Notes under the pieces: generated by a model
Told to the model about the DNA's origin: nothing
The model's database searches: none
What the model saw: the letters and a program-made list of their open reading frames with translations, nothing else
Shown here: in pieces, positions 52,188 to 63,882 of the stretch
How the letters are laid out: the number at the start of each line of letters is the position of its first letter
How positions within the stretch are numbered: the first letter of the stretch is position 1
From: Octopus vulgaris
Lineage: Eukaryota
NCBI GenBank assembly: GCA_951406725.2
Contig: OX597814.1
Location: 119,288,001 to 119,352,000, forward strand
Direction of reading: 5' to 3'
Length of the DNA stretch: 64,000 nucleotides
Position numbers and translations under genes: made by a program

Positions 52188-52190
<3 letters not shown>
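52009..52190 (+). mobile_element. ~185-bp hammerhead-bearing element, copy 2
   Basis: CGCCATGATAGATCG.TAGCCA.TACAC...ATTCCTGAGCG.TATACTAATA...TTCGTGAATTCTC then (TA)n. Confidence 0.82.
52060..52096 (+). ncRNA. Minimal hammerhead motif, one core change
   Basis: CTTT CTGTAGA A GAGC-GTAG-GCTT GAAA C GTA TAAG. Confidence 0.65.
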
Positions 52191-52250
<60 letters not shown>

Positions 52251-52629
52251 CGCGCACGCGCATGTGTGTGAATTAGTTCAATTCTGTGAAAGACTCTGAT
52301 AGACTTTTACAAGATTGAATGTAATTTATGAAAAATAAGAGCAATAAAATAAGAGAAATACATTACAATAAGCGATGTATTATTCAAAAAACATTGCTCT
52401 GTGAAAATTTGCTTCAATATAAATAGGACTGAGACAATTTAATGAAAATGATAGCGATAAGGAAGAGAAAGATTATACTGGGTAGCAGTAATGATGAGGA
52501 GTATGATCAGAGTAACTCTACTAGAAATCCACAGTATTCACTGGAATCCATTGGATTTAAGAGTGCACCTGACGAGGGAATTTACCCATTGTCTGTATAT
52601 GTCTATAAACATCAAATGTGTATAATGCA

Positions 52630-53004
52630 TACTCTTTTACTTGTGGCCATGCTGGAGCACCGCATTTGGTCAAGCAAATCGACCCCAGGATTTATTCTTT
52701 GTAAGCCTAGTACTTATTCTATCGGTCGCTTTTGCCGTACCGCTAGGTTACGGGGACGTAAACACACCCGCATCGGTTGTCAAGCGATGTTGGGTAAACA
52801 AACACAGGCACACATATACACACCCACATATATATTTATATATATATACATACGACGAGTTTCTTTTCAGTTTCCACTCACAAGGATTTGGTCGGCCCTA
52901 GACTATAGTAGAAAACACTTGCGCAAGGTGCTACGCAGTGGGACTGAACCCGGAACCATATGATTGGTAAGCAAGCTACTTACAACACAGCCACTCCTAC
53001 GCCT
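52630..53004 (-). mobile_element. SINE family C
   Basis: Reverse complement of the 18624 and 28742 copies, with the internal microsatellite at about 52810-52852. Confidence 0.88.
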
Positions 53005-54576
53005 AAATAATTATGACGTGCAATTCCAATCAATTAATTTCATAATTAGGAAAACTAGATGAGAAAATTTAAAATATAGTCTCAAAAATGCAATGATTAT
53101 TTATTTTGTGTTTAAGTTTGCTTTCTCTAGATATACGTTTTCGTTTCAATCTCCTCTTAATTATGTAGTCCCTGAACAGATAAAATTTTCACCGTATTAA
53201 CAAGTGCAGTTAATATTGGTTTGAGATTAGTCAATATTGTCACTTTGTCAATGTTATTTGATATATGTTTAACAAATATTACTCTTACAAATAGTAGTGT
53301 TGCACTAACATATCTCCAAATGCAGTCACTCCAATAAATATGAAAACTGTCTTTGTTAAATGTATTAACTTTATATTGTAGATACTTCGATTTGTTTGGT
53401 CATCATAATTCTTTGCTGCATATTTAAATATTTTGTATGAAGAAGACGCTATCACCTTATCATGATAAATTTTTGTTTTGAGGCAAATTCAAATGTGTTA
53501 AAGAGAGAAAAAAATACAATCCTAATCTATCCTGTTTTCATGCTAGATAATCCACTGATTATGATACACGCCAGCTGACTCAAGAATATCATTCTCAATG
53601 TTTAGCATACTGTTAACAAAATTTTAATACAGAATATTCAAAGATAGTATCAAAAACAATTCCTCACAAAACCATTAACTGTTTACTGATCTGCTTTCAG
53701 ATATGACAACTTCCAACGGTTACCACAACTTCCCACGAGTATTCAGAGAAATTCGATTTTATTGATAAAAGACTTAAATTTTAAACAAGGATATGAAAGT
53801 TAAATGCAAGACGGATTATAAATTGACAATACAATTTAAGCCAGTAGGGGAAAAAAGAAAAGAAAGAATTCCAAATAAAAGCTGCCATATTTTAATACAA
53901 TATCTTTTTCTGCATTCTCAAGTGACATCAAGTTTGATGAAGAACAAAACAAAAACGTGTTTTGAACTACTTTAGCGAAGTAGTTACTATAGTAGAAATC
54001 AGGAGATATTAAAGGAATTAACATTGTTGTTGCGATTAGAAACGGAATGTTACTTTTATAATATATTGTTAATATATATTTTTTTTAATCCTGCACTGTG
54101 TTAAATGGTAAAATTCAAACCATTCAGCTAACAGGTGAAAATAAATATGATACCCGTATTGTGTTAATTTTTATAATTCTCAAATAAATATAGAAGAAAA
54201 AGCTTGTTCCCATTCATCAGCATTAAAAGGGTGCTTAATGATTGTTAAGTGACATACAGAAAATGATAAGATCACAACGAGAGGTGCTATTACCAAGATT
54301 CTATCTGGTTATGAATTAAATTTCAGCTGGTTATCACCTGCAGGCTGATGTACAACTGACATTCACCTTACTCTCATATAAATTTTATGGTTTTTCAGCA
54401 CACGGATGAAATGCTACTGAAGTATGGTGAAATGTAAATTCATTTCTTAAAATACACAACCAATAGCTAGGCGTGTACGGGATAAAAATGCGTGATAAAA
54501 ACTGAAAGTAAAAATTTCCCCGTAAATTATTGAAAGCCATTGCAGGAAGTTCATCAAATTTTTCATCGTTAATAGG

Positions 54577-54632
<56 letters not shown>

Positions 54633-55744
54633 ATTTTCTCACTAAAGATGTAATGCGCAAGAAGTTGCAATAGACCTATAATATTAATAGTATTACAGTA
54701 AACATTTGCATAATCTGATGGGGAAAAGGAATTTACATTTACCATGAACCTTAATTGGCGACGATTAATTTTATGAAACTAAACGAAGTTTCGAAGATGA
54801 CATTTGAAGTCAGCAAACCTAGACCTCTTATAAATGCTTTTAAAGTAACAGAAGAGATAATAATTCACGCACATGCATACATACACACAAACACACACAC
54901 ACACACACACACGGAAAAAATACAAAAGAAACTCATGCAGATTCTCCAGGCCCAATATATTAGTGGCACAGGGAGAATTTATAATACATTGTAAAAATGT
55001 TCATGTGCGATTCTTATGTGAATAGATGTATACATTTGTTTGTATGATTCGACAATTAATTCAACTCACTAATTCAGCCACGTGTTTACAAACACAGAAA
55101 GTGTAGTTACTTTCTTATCAACTGGCTTGAACACTCGCAAGTACTTACAATAAACTCGAAGAAAAACCATACATACATTGATACCTATCTATATATTCAA
55201 TATTAACTGGGTAATGACCTCAGAACGTGCATTCAAAAGCCTCTATACGGTTGTCGGTTACCATATGCCACCATACAGAAGGGTTATTCCTTGAGCTAAC
55301 TGGATATAATTTCACGGAACCACTACACGGAAACAGTTGTTTTATTTTGTAATTAATGTCTGTTTATAAATAAGCCTAGTTTGGCTCTCTTTTATAAGGT
55401 CTCAGATTTATGTACCTATATTCATAGAAGCCTAGATACTCAAAGAAACACAAATACACGTATTAAGCGGGATCCACGAAAATATTCACTTAAACTAGAG
55501 TATATCCTCTATATAACTAAATCGAATTACTTACTGTTTAACTAAATTAAACAAACGATCGATTAGTTAGTTGGATGTTTAAGCAATTGACTAATGATAA
55601 CGGAGAGTGGAATTGAACCAGTGCGTGTGTTGATAATAATGACACAACAAAATTCCATTTGCTTGATAATTACGATAACTGAGTATTTCAGATAACACTC
55701 AAGCAGAAACATCATAAAAAGGGCGTGTGACATATTTGTATCTA

Positions 55745-56159
55745 TTTCTTTACTACCCACAAGGGACTAAACACACACAGAGAACAAACAAGGACAGATA
55801 AAGGGATTAAGTCGATTACATCGACCCCAGTGCGCAACTGGTACTTAATTTATCGACACCGAAAGGACGAAAGGCAAAGTCGGCCTTGGCGGAATTTGAA
55901 CTCAGAACGTATCGGCAGACGAAATACCTATCTTTTTAATACCCACAAGGGGCTAAACACAGAGAAGATAAACAAGCACAGACAAACGGATAAGTCAATT
56001 ATATCGACCCCAGTGCGTAACTGGTACTTATTTAATCGACCTCGAAAGGATGAAAGGCAAAGTCGACCTGGGCTGAATTTGAATTCAGAACGTAACGGGA
56101 AACGAAATACCGCTAAGCATTCCGCCCGGCGCGCTAACGTTTCTGCCAACTCGCCACCT
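55745..56159 (-). mobile_element. Tandem dimer of SINE family A
   Basis: A full unit at 55930-56159 is joined to a unit lacking its 5' ~50 nt at 55745-55928; the junction is GACGAAATACC|TAT. Confidence 0.88.
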
Positions 56160-56459
56160 TAAATACATGTATGTTACTGTTTCTTAACTATATATTGTTT
56201 TGATATCTGTATGTCTGAATGCGAATCTTAATGTGTGCAAATCATCCCTATTTTTACTTTAATATGCGCGAAATGTTCTCATTTATACGGAGCAAGGTCT
56301 TGATTAACGAAGAAAATTTCTTTGTTTTTCCATATAAACTAAAGTATATTCGCTGATATTCAAAAATCTAACAGCAAACTTTTTAATATCAATTTTATTT
56401 TCAACTTCTTGTAATTTGTTAGAGGTCAGCAACAAAACTTAGAGTAATGATTTAGAGTA

Positions 56460-56492
<33 letters not shown>

Positions 56493-57924
56493 ATATAGAG
56501 GGAGAGAAAGAGAGAGAGAGAGAGAAATGCAAACGAAAAATATGGAAGATAACCAGAGAACTGGTGCAAAACCAATGTCATAAATATAAATAATGATGGC
56601 TCAGCGAAAGCATTCAAGAGTGTTGAATAAAATATTCTAAATATTGTATAATGGCGAACATTTAGACAGACTAGCTGTAAGTGTTCATACTGATGGCCTC
56701 TGCAATCAGATTGTACTTATACAAACACAAGAGATTATTCACTAGAAGTAGGCAGATTTATTGACTAATTTTGCTTTTCTCAGGTTCAATCATGCTCAGT
56801 TGGTGAATACAAGAGTATACATCAAATGTATCGCAGTTATTTAATTCCGATATATTTGTTCCATCACACTTTTTTTCTTCCTTTTGTTGTTCGACAAATA
56901 TCAACTGATTTCCACACGAAGATAATGACTTTCATACAACAAATCACATGTTATTTGTTTGCCTCACTGTGACAGAATGTTTGAAAACTAAGTAACCGTT
57001 ATGAAACAAGTATATATATATATATATCTAAGCACAGTGAGAAAGAGGGACAGAGAGAGAGAATGAGAGAGATTCCCATTTATCTTGAAAGTAACTTGTA
57101 ACATAAGAACAGATAAATAACAAGGGTGAAATGTAGATATATGCATTCAACCGTAAAAGCTTCTGATCAACCACTAGCAGTCAGATAGGTGTTAGCTTAA
57201 GTGATATTCTTTGCTGAAGTATCGGAGAACATTTGTTCCTGACAATTATGTTGGAATTGTTATCTGTTCAACTCTCAGAGTAAATATTCGGACACATTGT
57301 AATAATATCAGAAGGCTAATAGGTTTCAATTGCAAAAAAAAGACAATTGTAATCTGACTATATTTTGATGCTTCTGTTCATAGAACGAACATAGTGTAAA
57401 CGTATTTGCCTACGGTCTATAGAACAGTATGTTACATTCACTCTAAAAATCGAAAAGATAGCTATAAAGCTAAAATCTAGATTACATTAAATAGATACTA
57501 AAGGTGATACAAATATATTATCAAATTTCTATTTGACTACAGAGTCGGATTTACGGACGAAAAGGGAAACGAGAAAGAAAAGAATTGGCAGACATAGTAA
57601 ACAATAGTAGTAGCCTCATAAATAGTTACAGAACCTTTTAGAAAAGAAATTTGGCTTCGAAGGCACGACAAAAAAAAAAAAAAACACACTCATATATACA
57701 AACCTGTTAGATGCGAATGCGAATGTGTGCGTGTTTACGTGTGTGTGTGTGTTTGTACGTGCTTGTGTGTGTTTCTTTAACACACCAGGGAATGAGTGAG
57801 TACTCAGTTATATTGTAAAGTTTATTTGTATAAAAGTTAGCCATTTAAAGTTTGCTTCTTCTAGACGCTTCCTCTATGCTTAATTTTTGATGCGATAGAT
57901 TGTATTCATTTTGTATAGTATCTG

Positions 57925-58154
57925 TTTCATTATTTCCCACAAGGGGCTAAACATAGAGGGGACAAACAAGGACAGACAAACGGATTAAGTCGATTATATC
58001 GACCCCAGTGCGTAACTGGTACTTAATTTATCGACCCCGAAAGGATGAAAGGCAAAGTCGACCTCGGCGGAATTTGAACTCAGAAGGTAACGGCAGACGA
58101 AATACGGCTACGCATTTCGCCCGGTCTGCTAACGGTTTTGCCAGCTCGCCGCCT
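57925..58154 (-). mobile_element. SINE family A, full copy
   Basis: Same sequence as 1801-2029. Confidence 0.9.
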
Positions 58155-59321
58155 TATTCTCTATACTCGGAAGGAAATGTTACGCAATTCCCGCACGCAC
58201 ACACTCACACATATTCGCGCACGCACACACACACACACACACACAGATATCTGTATCCAGAGTGTTTATAGCATATAATCGGTACACGAGAATTATATTT
58301 TGCCAGTTTCGTTTCTATATATTTTTAATACGAACGATGGCATGCATATGCCTTTTTGATAGGTTCTGACTGATCGGAGGGTGAATATGAATACTGCTGC
58401 TGTATTTCGTCATTGTACATTTTGCATTTAATACTACCTCTGCTATTTTGTAGGAAATAATGTGCAATTTAGATTTTTAGATATATTTCTTTAATTAATT
58501 TTATCCTTTAAGCGACTTTTGAGATAATTGAGGTTCGAATAACTATTTCCAATTCTGTTACACTTGTTTTCAAATTCGGCATATGGATTAAGTTGTGTAT
58601 ACTAATTAGGAAAATAAAATCATTTCTCCTATAAATCTACAATTAAAAAGTTATTAGCCTCTAAAGTTTGCAGAATTTGGGCATATTAGCCAATCAGAAG
58701 CGAGTATTTTACACATAACCGTGAATTTCGGTTAGCATAGTACGCAAAGAACTCTGTTTCCATAGTAACGAGGGAATATAACCACCACTTGTTCCATAAC
58801 TGTTTGCAAAGAACCCTGTTTTCATAGTAGTCAAAGATGCTGCCCATGCGCACAAGGAGTGGAGCCACTACGTGTTCCTAAATTGTTTTTCACATAATGG
58901 ATGAGGCAGCGAACGCCTGTTTTCTCATTGGCTGAAAATTCAGAAAATTATCGAGCTTTGAACACCTATAACATTTTCGCAAAATTTTTCTGGAATAAAT
59001 TAATAACGATTTCGGATTCAGCGTCAGAAATTACATCTATATGCTACATTAAAATTTTATTTAAACATTGCGACATGCAGAGACTCACAGCACAAAGAAC
59101 GACTTTTGAGATTTCTTTAAAAAGAAACATATTTCTTAAAACTTTCCACTTCTCCTTTTTAATTATTTATACCTTTTTTTTTTCAACTTCCCTTACATTA
59201 TTCAACTATTGTCTTTCATCCACTTCCTTTGACTTTCTGACTTCTAGTAACACTGCTACCCTGCTTTCTAACTATACTATATGTAGGAAATATATCACAG
59301 TATATATAATAATATAAATAA

Positions 59322-59836
59322 CTAGCAGTATCGCCCGGCGTTGCTCGGGTTTGTAAGGGAAATAACTATACAAGCATTTTTAGAGAGTTACTTCCCTTAT
59401 AGATGCCAATTCGGGCTTTCTTAGCCATTTCTGTTTTGGTGTCTTCAAGCCATGAAGTCGTTGTTCTAAAAGAACGCTGGTCTCCTTGACAACGCTTTAC
59501 GACGTTGATTTCCTTACACTCCCTTCCCCACAGCTTCACAAGGGAGGGAAGAAGGGGGAGAAGCAAACAGGTACAGGTGTGACCATGGACGCCAACTCCG
59601 TCGCCATCGACACACGAAAAATTATGCATTAAAATGGAATAAAAAATGATGTTAAATTATTTTTAAAATCGTAGACTCATCGTAGACGCGCGCTAATACT
59701 CAGACGGGCTCGATATGAATCACGACTATAAGATACCCGAATTTGGTTAAACTGCACCGCAAAATGTGGGAGTAGTTAGGAATCTAAATCGAAGGGGACA
59801 GACACTCACACAACTACAGTTTTATATATATATAGA
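59322..59836 (-). mobile_element. Non-autonomous Helitron
   Basis: Minus strand begins A|TCTATATAT and ends CCCGAGCAACGCCGGG (GC hairpin) CGATACTG CTAG|T. This gives 5' TC, a subterminal hairpin, 3' CTAG and an A/T insertion site with no TSD. Confidence 0.85.
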
Positions 59837-59912
59837 TATATAAATACTATATAAATATTTATATATAAATAATATATTAATATACGCATATATACATACA
59901 TACATGTACATA

Positions 59913-60096
59913 CGCCATGATAGATCGTTAGCCAATACACACATTTTTTCTCTCCTTGTTTTTTCTGTGTCCTTTTCTGAAGAAGAGCGTAGGCTCGAAA
60001 CGTAAAAGACTTTTCCTATTCCTGAGCGCTATACTAATACATCTGTTTGTTTTGTAAACCACCTGACTTCGTATTCTTGTTTTCTTCGTAAACTCT

Positions 60097-60100
<4 letters not shown>
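59913..60100 (+). mobile_element. ~185-bp hammerhead-bearing element, copy 3
   Basis: Paralogue of the 52009 and 30325 copies, ending in (TA)n at 60100-60136. Confidence 0.82.
59973..60008 (+). ncRNA. Minimal hammerhead ribozyme, intact core
   Basis: TTTT CTGAAGA A GAGC-GTAG-GCTC GAAA C GTA AAAG. Canonical CUGANGA and GAAA, 4-bp stem II, ACGT palindromic stem III, GUA site. Confidence 0.8.
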
Positions 60101-60139
<39 letters not shown>

Positions 60140-60140
<1 letters not shown>

Positions 60141-60326
60141 GAATATATGGGTACAGGACATAAAAAAAGTTGAAAACTATTAGAAACGAAAACATAAAAA
60201 CAAAAACAGGAAACGAACTATTTTCGAACAACGAAAAAACAAACAAACAGAGAAACGAGACATACAATATAAAGTATATTCCCCGTCATCAGTTGTCCCT
60301 GTTTCAACTACTCTACGTTTCGAAGA
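60140..60326 (-). mobile_element. Module Y, second copy
   Basis: Reverse complement matches 20510-20700 (GAAACAGGG.CA.CTGA.GA.GGGGAAT...TGTCCTGTAC.CATATAT). Confidence 0.65.
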
Positions 60327-60750
60327 GAATGTCATTATCAAAACATGGAAGCCAATTCATTGTCCTAAAACCTGAACAATATAACGCCAAACCTGTTCTA
60401 TATTCCGGATATTTCTAGTTCAACTGGTCCATCGAGGTGTAGCTGACATTTGAACTGCAAGTTGACAAGCTCTCCAGAAATCCCTGATCCGTGGCAGCCA
60501 ACGAGATTGGTAATGAAGATGAGGGTTATTTAAGGAAATTAGTAAAAGCGAGATGAAAAATGTGGTGAGAAGGTGAGAGAGGGAGAGAAATAGAATGAGA
60601 GATGAGGTGTACAATTAGAAGCCCGATTGACATCAAGTTGACTCCATTGTTCGTTGGATTCTATAAATGCTAATGAGCTTCTCCCTCTCTCTCCCTCTAT
60701 CTATCTAACTGCATCTCTCACACTCATTCTATACATACACACACATACAC

Positions 60751-60782
<32 letters not shown>

Positions 60783-60783
<1 letters not shown>

Positions 60784-61373
60784 TGTAGGAGCGACATCTA
60801 TATATATATGTGTAGTAAGAAACTGGCTTCCCAATCACATGGATCTGTGACACCTTCGGCTGGTGTCTTCTACTATAGTCTTGGGACTTATGATTGCATT
60901 TAGTAGACGGAAACTATAATGAAGCTTATATATATATACACAATTAAGTTCTTTTATTCATCCCCTGGTGACTACTGTGGACTGCATATTCTTTTAATGT
61001 TTGGTAAGAATACAGGATAAGGTAGACACTCTTAAAAGACTCATTCAAATTTCAGACAAATATGTACGTATATCATATAGGTGATTGACGCCTGATGAAC
61101 GTATGCATGTACGGGGAATTATTAGTAGCGCGTTAAGTTGAAACGTTTAGTAATATGTGTGTGTGTGAGTATTTGTGTGTCTCTGTTCGATTCTCCCACG
61201 ATCGCTTGGCAACCAATGTTGGTGTATTAACGTTCTCGTAACCTAGCGGTTCGGCAAAAGACAGATAGAATAAGTACTAGGCTTTCAAAGAATAAGTCCT
61301 GGGGTCGATTTATTCAAATAAAGGCGGTGCTCCAGCATGGTTGTAGTCAAAAAACCGAAACAAGTAAAAAGTA
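60783..61373 (+). mobile_element. SINE family C interrupted by a ~215-bp insert in its internal (TA)n
   Basis: 5' half at 60783-60935 and 3' half at 61155-61373 match family C. 60940-61155 is foreign and carries CTGATGA (61092) and GAAACGTT (61140). Confidence 0.75.
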
Positions 61374-61404
<31 letters not shown>

Positions 61405-61605
61405 GATACATACACACACATATGTATACTTTTATTCTTTCATCCACTCTCCCTGTCTCTCTCTGTATGTATATATATATATATATATATAATTATATGT
61501 ATGTACCTATGTATGTATATACATATATATTTATTTATTTATATTGAGAGAGAAGAGAAAGACAGAAAGTATGGTAAAGAGAATGTGAGAGAGCCTCCTT
61601 AGAAT

Positions 61606-61740
61606 TTGGCAATTGAGACCTCGGGTGTTCTCTCCCTTTTCCCCGACCATATCCCTGCTCTCCGTGAGTCTGAATGGCTGTTGCAGCGCATCTCCTTCAC
61701 CATTTTCCAGGGCAACGCCATTTTCCAATTTGTTTGCTAG
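61606..61740 (+). pseudogene. CRE/NeSL-type non-LTR retrotransposon restriction-like endonuclease C-terminal fragment
   Basis: In-frame LAIETSGVL...RESEWLLQRISFTIFQGNA resembles the 'AVET.G....QRISIAIQRGNA' terminus of CRE-clade elements. It is on the strand opposite the ORF-track call. Confidence 0.65.
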
Positions 61741-62029
61741 TGCCATGAGAAATGTTGAACTATGATAGAAGGAAGTGGCCTTTACTTAGACTAGTAGTTA
61801 TTCGATTTGCATTATCTTGCCGTCTTTGTTGCCTCTACATCAGTCTTATTTATCAATTCATTTAGGTTTTTGATTATATAATTCTACCATACATAAAATC
61901 TAAATGTGTAATAAGGTAGAAGTTTCTTTGCTCGTTATAAAACTAAGCAGAAGTCTTCCATAAACCATGTAAATGCGAGAGTATGTGTGTTCGAATACTG
62001 CTGAGTTGTATATTTCCTTTGATTGTTTT

Positions 62030-62190
62030 TATCGTTAACTGGGGCCATGATGGAGCACTGACTTGAAGGGTTTAATGGTACAAATCGATCCCAGTACTTA
62101 TTGACTCACAAAAGTACGCTTTTTTCAAAAACTGGCACTTATCTTATCAGTTCCTTTTACCGAACAATTTGGTAACGTGGTGGTGGTGAT
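62030..62190 (-). mobile_element. Decayed SINE family C 3' half
   Basis: GGCCATGATGGAGCAC...AAATCGATCCCAGTACTT...TTTTACCGAAC. Confidence 0.55.
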
Positions 62191-62252
62191 GGTGCGGTGA
62201 AGTATAAAATCAATGTATGATATATATGCAAAGTATAAAAACAATATATATA

Positions 62253-62504
62253 TTGGGTTGGTGCATAATTATTGCGGCATTTTTTCAATAAAATTTATTC
62301 AACAAAAACAATAACAATAGTTAACAAAAGCATCTTTAAATGACGGTCTGACCGTCTACCAAGCAAACGGGAAGCAATCATTGAAGGAAATGGTGAATAT
62401 GCTCCGGAATCATCATTCAAATATGTTTTTGTTGCATGATGTTATTGTTTTTGTTGAATAAAATTTGTTGAAAAAAAAACTGCAATAGTTATGCATCAAC
62501 CCAA
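62253..62504. mobile_element. Mariner-derived MITE with TA target duplication
   Basis: TA|TTGGGTTGGTGCATAATTATTGCGG ... CTGCAATAGTTATGCATCAACCCAA|TA. Arms are about 95 bp; the centre encodes DRLPSKREAIIEGNGEYAPE, a mariner transposase C-terminus. Confidence 0.9.
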
Positions 62505-63049
62505 TATATATATACACATTCTCTGTAATAATAATAATAAAGTAAAATAGTCCCTTACTTCATTTCCCTCCATTTATCAATGATGTATACGCCGCTTTAT
62601 TCGCAGTGATACATTTAGTAAACTATACAAAATACCAAGAATATTTACCATAAGTCTATGGGAATATAAGCTTTAGTAACCAAACCCATTGAGAATAGAA
62701 TGTAGAACATATAAAATCGATAATACATTGATATATGTTATCATTATCAAATCAACAGAACAGTCGATAAAATATGCGACTCATACAGGTGGTGATGTTT
62801 GCATTCAGAGCATTTTCAAACCGTTTGTGTGTTGGTGGAGATATCAATGAAAGCATTAACAAAGCTGTTGGTCTTCCTTTCTTAATATGCAGTGTGTTAG
62901 TAGTGTTTTGTGATAACCACTTGCAGAGTTGTCATGGCAATTGTTCTCTGAATAACATAGAAGCTGACACAGTTGCTAAAAATATGCTGTGTATTGTCAT
63001 CATGCATACATAAATACATACATATACAAACACTTTGATATATACATAC

Positions 63050-63116
<67 letters not shown>

Positions 63117-63882
63117 CATATATATGCACAAAAACTAAAATAAACAAGCATATATATGTATGCTGAGTCGAAATCGGGGCTATATTTATTCCTTTTCTTT
63201 ATGTTTTTTACATAACCCCTTATATGTCCTTCTCGTGTATTTGTAGCAGTAAATTTTCTCAGGAATTTGCATCGGAAAAGTAGAGCACGTTGCATTTTGA
63301 ATGCCGTATGTCAAAACGTACAGGAATTCTACATTCTGCATTCAGGAAAATATAAATCTGTGCAATGACAGAGTAAGAAAATAAGAAAAAGGAAAAAAGA
63401 AAAACACGAAAACGCACGCTAGAAATCAGGAAGTAATTGATGGAACTATAAATAGCAGAAGCAACTCAAGAAATGGCGATTTTGAAGAGGAAATGCTACA
63501 GCTAAAGATACATATTGATGCTGATGGAATGACGAAATTTACTCTTCCTAACAAACTGCAAGCAACTCATCCGAAATTATACTAAAATCAATAAAAAAAA
63601 AGAATATAAAACAGCAAAAATAAACTTTATCCATTTTATAGTCTATTCACGTGCCCACATTGAAACACACAGACACACGCATTATTAGAATGGATTCTCC
63701 AGTGACTTCGAAGTATGAGGATCATAGAGCTAAATATAGCTGCTAAACTACCCACACAGAAGTTTTGTTTTTAATCCTGAAGTCCTGGGTTGTATAAAAT
63801 TTTGGAAATGCTGATATCAGCAATTTAGTGCAAATATTTACCACAAATTCCATGAACACCTGTCCTCATCTTGTTTGTTGTT

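Noticed and set aside
52561-52600. CTGACGA GGGAATTTACCC ATTGTC as a hammerhead
   Set aside because: There is no GAAA; it would need an assumed deletion and stem I is poor.
52442-52963. Longest ORF in the track (173 aa)
   Set aside because: Most of it is antisense read-through of a SINE family C copy including its microsatellite.
55830-58271. Repeated peptide MRNWYLIYR..KDERQSRP suggesting a gene family
   Set aside because: It is the antisense translation of SINE family A copies.
61086-61150. Hammerhead at CTGATGA...GAAACGTT as a standalone feature
   Set aside because: Core words are present but stems I and II do not pair convincingly; kept only as weak supporting evidence.
20511-63295. Many YIYIYI, CVCVCV, HTHTHT and SLSLSL ORFs
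   Set aside because: Dinucleotide repeats have no stop codons; there is no protein signal.
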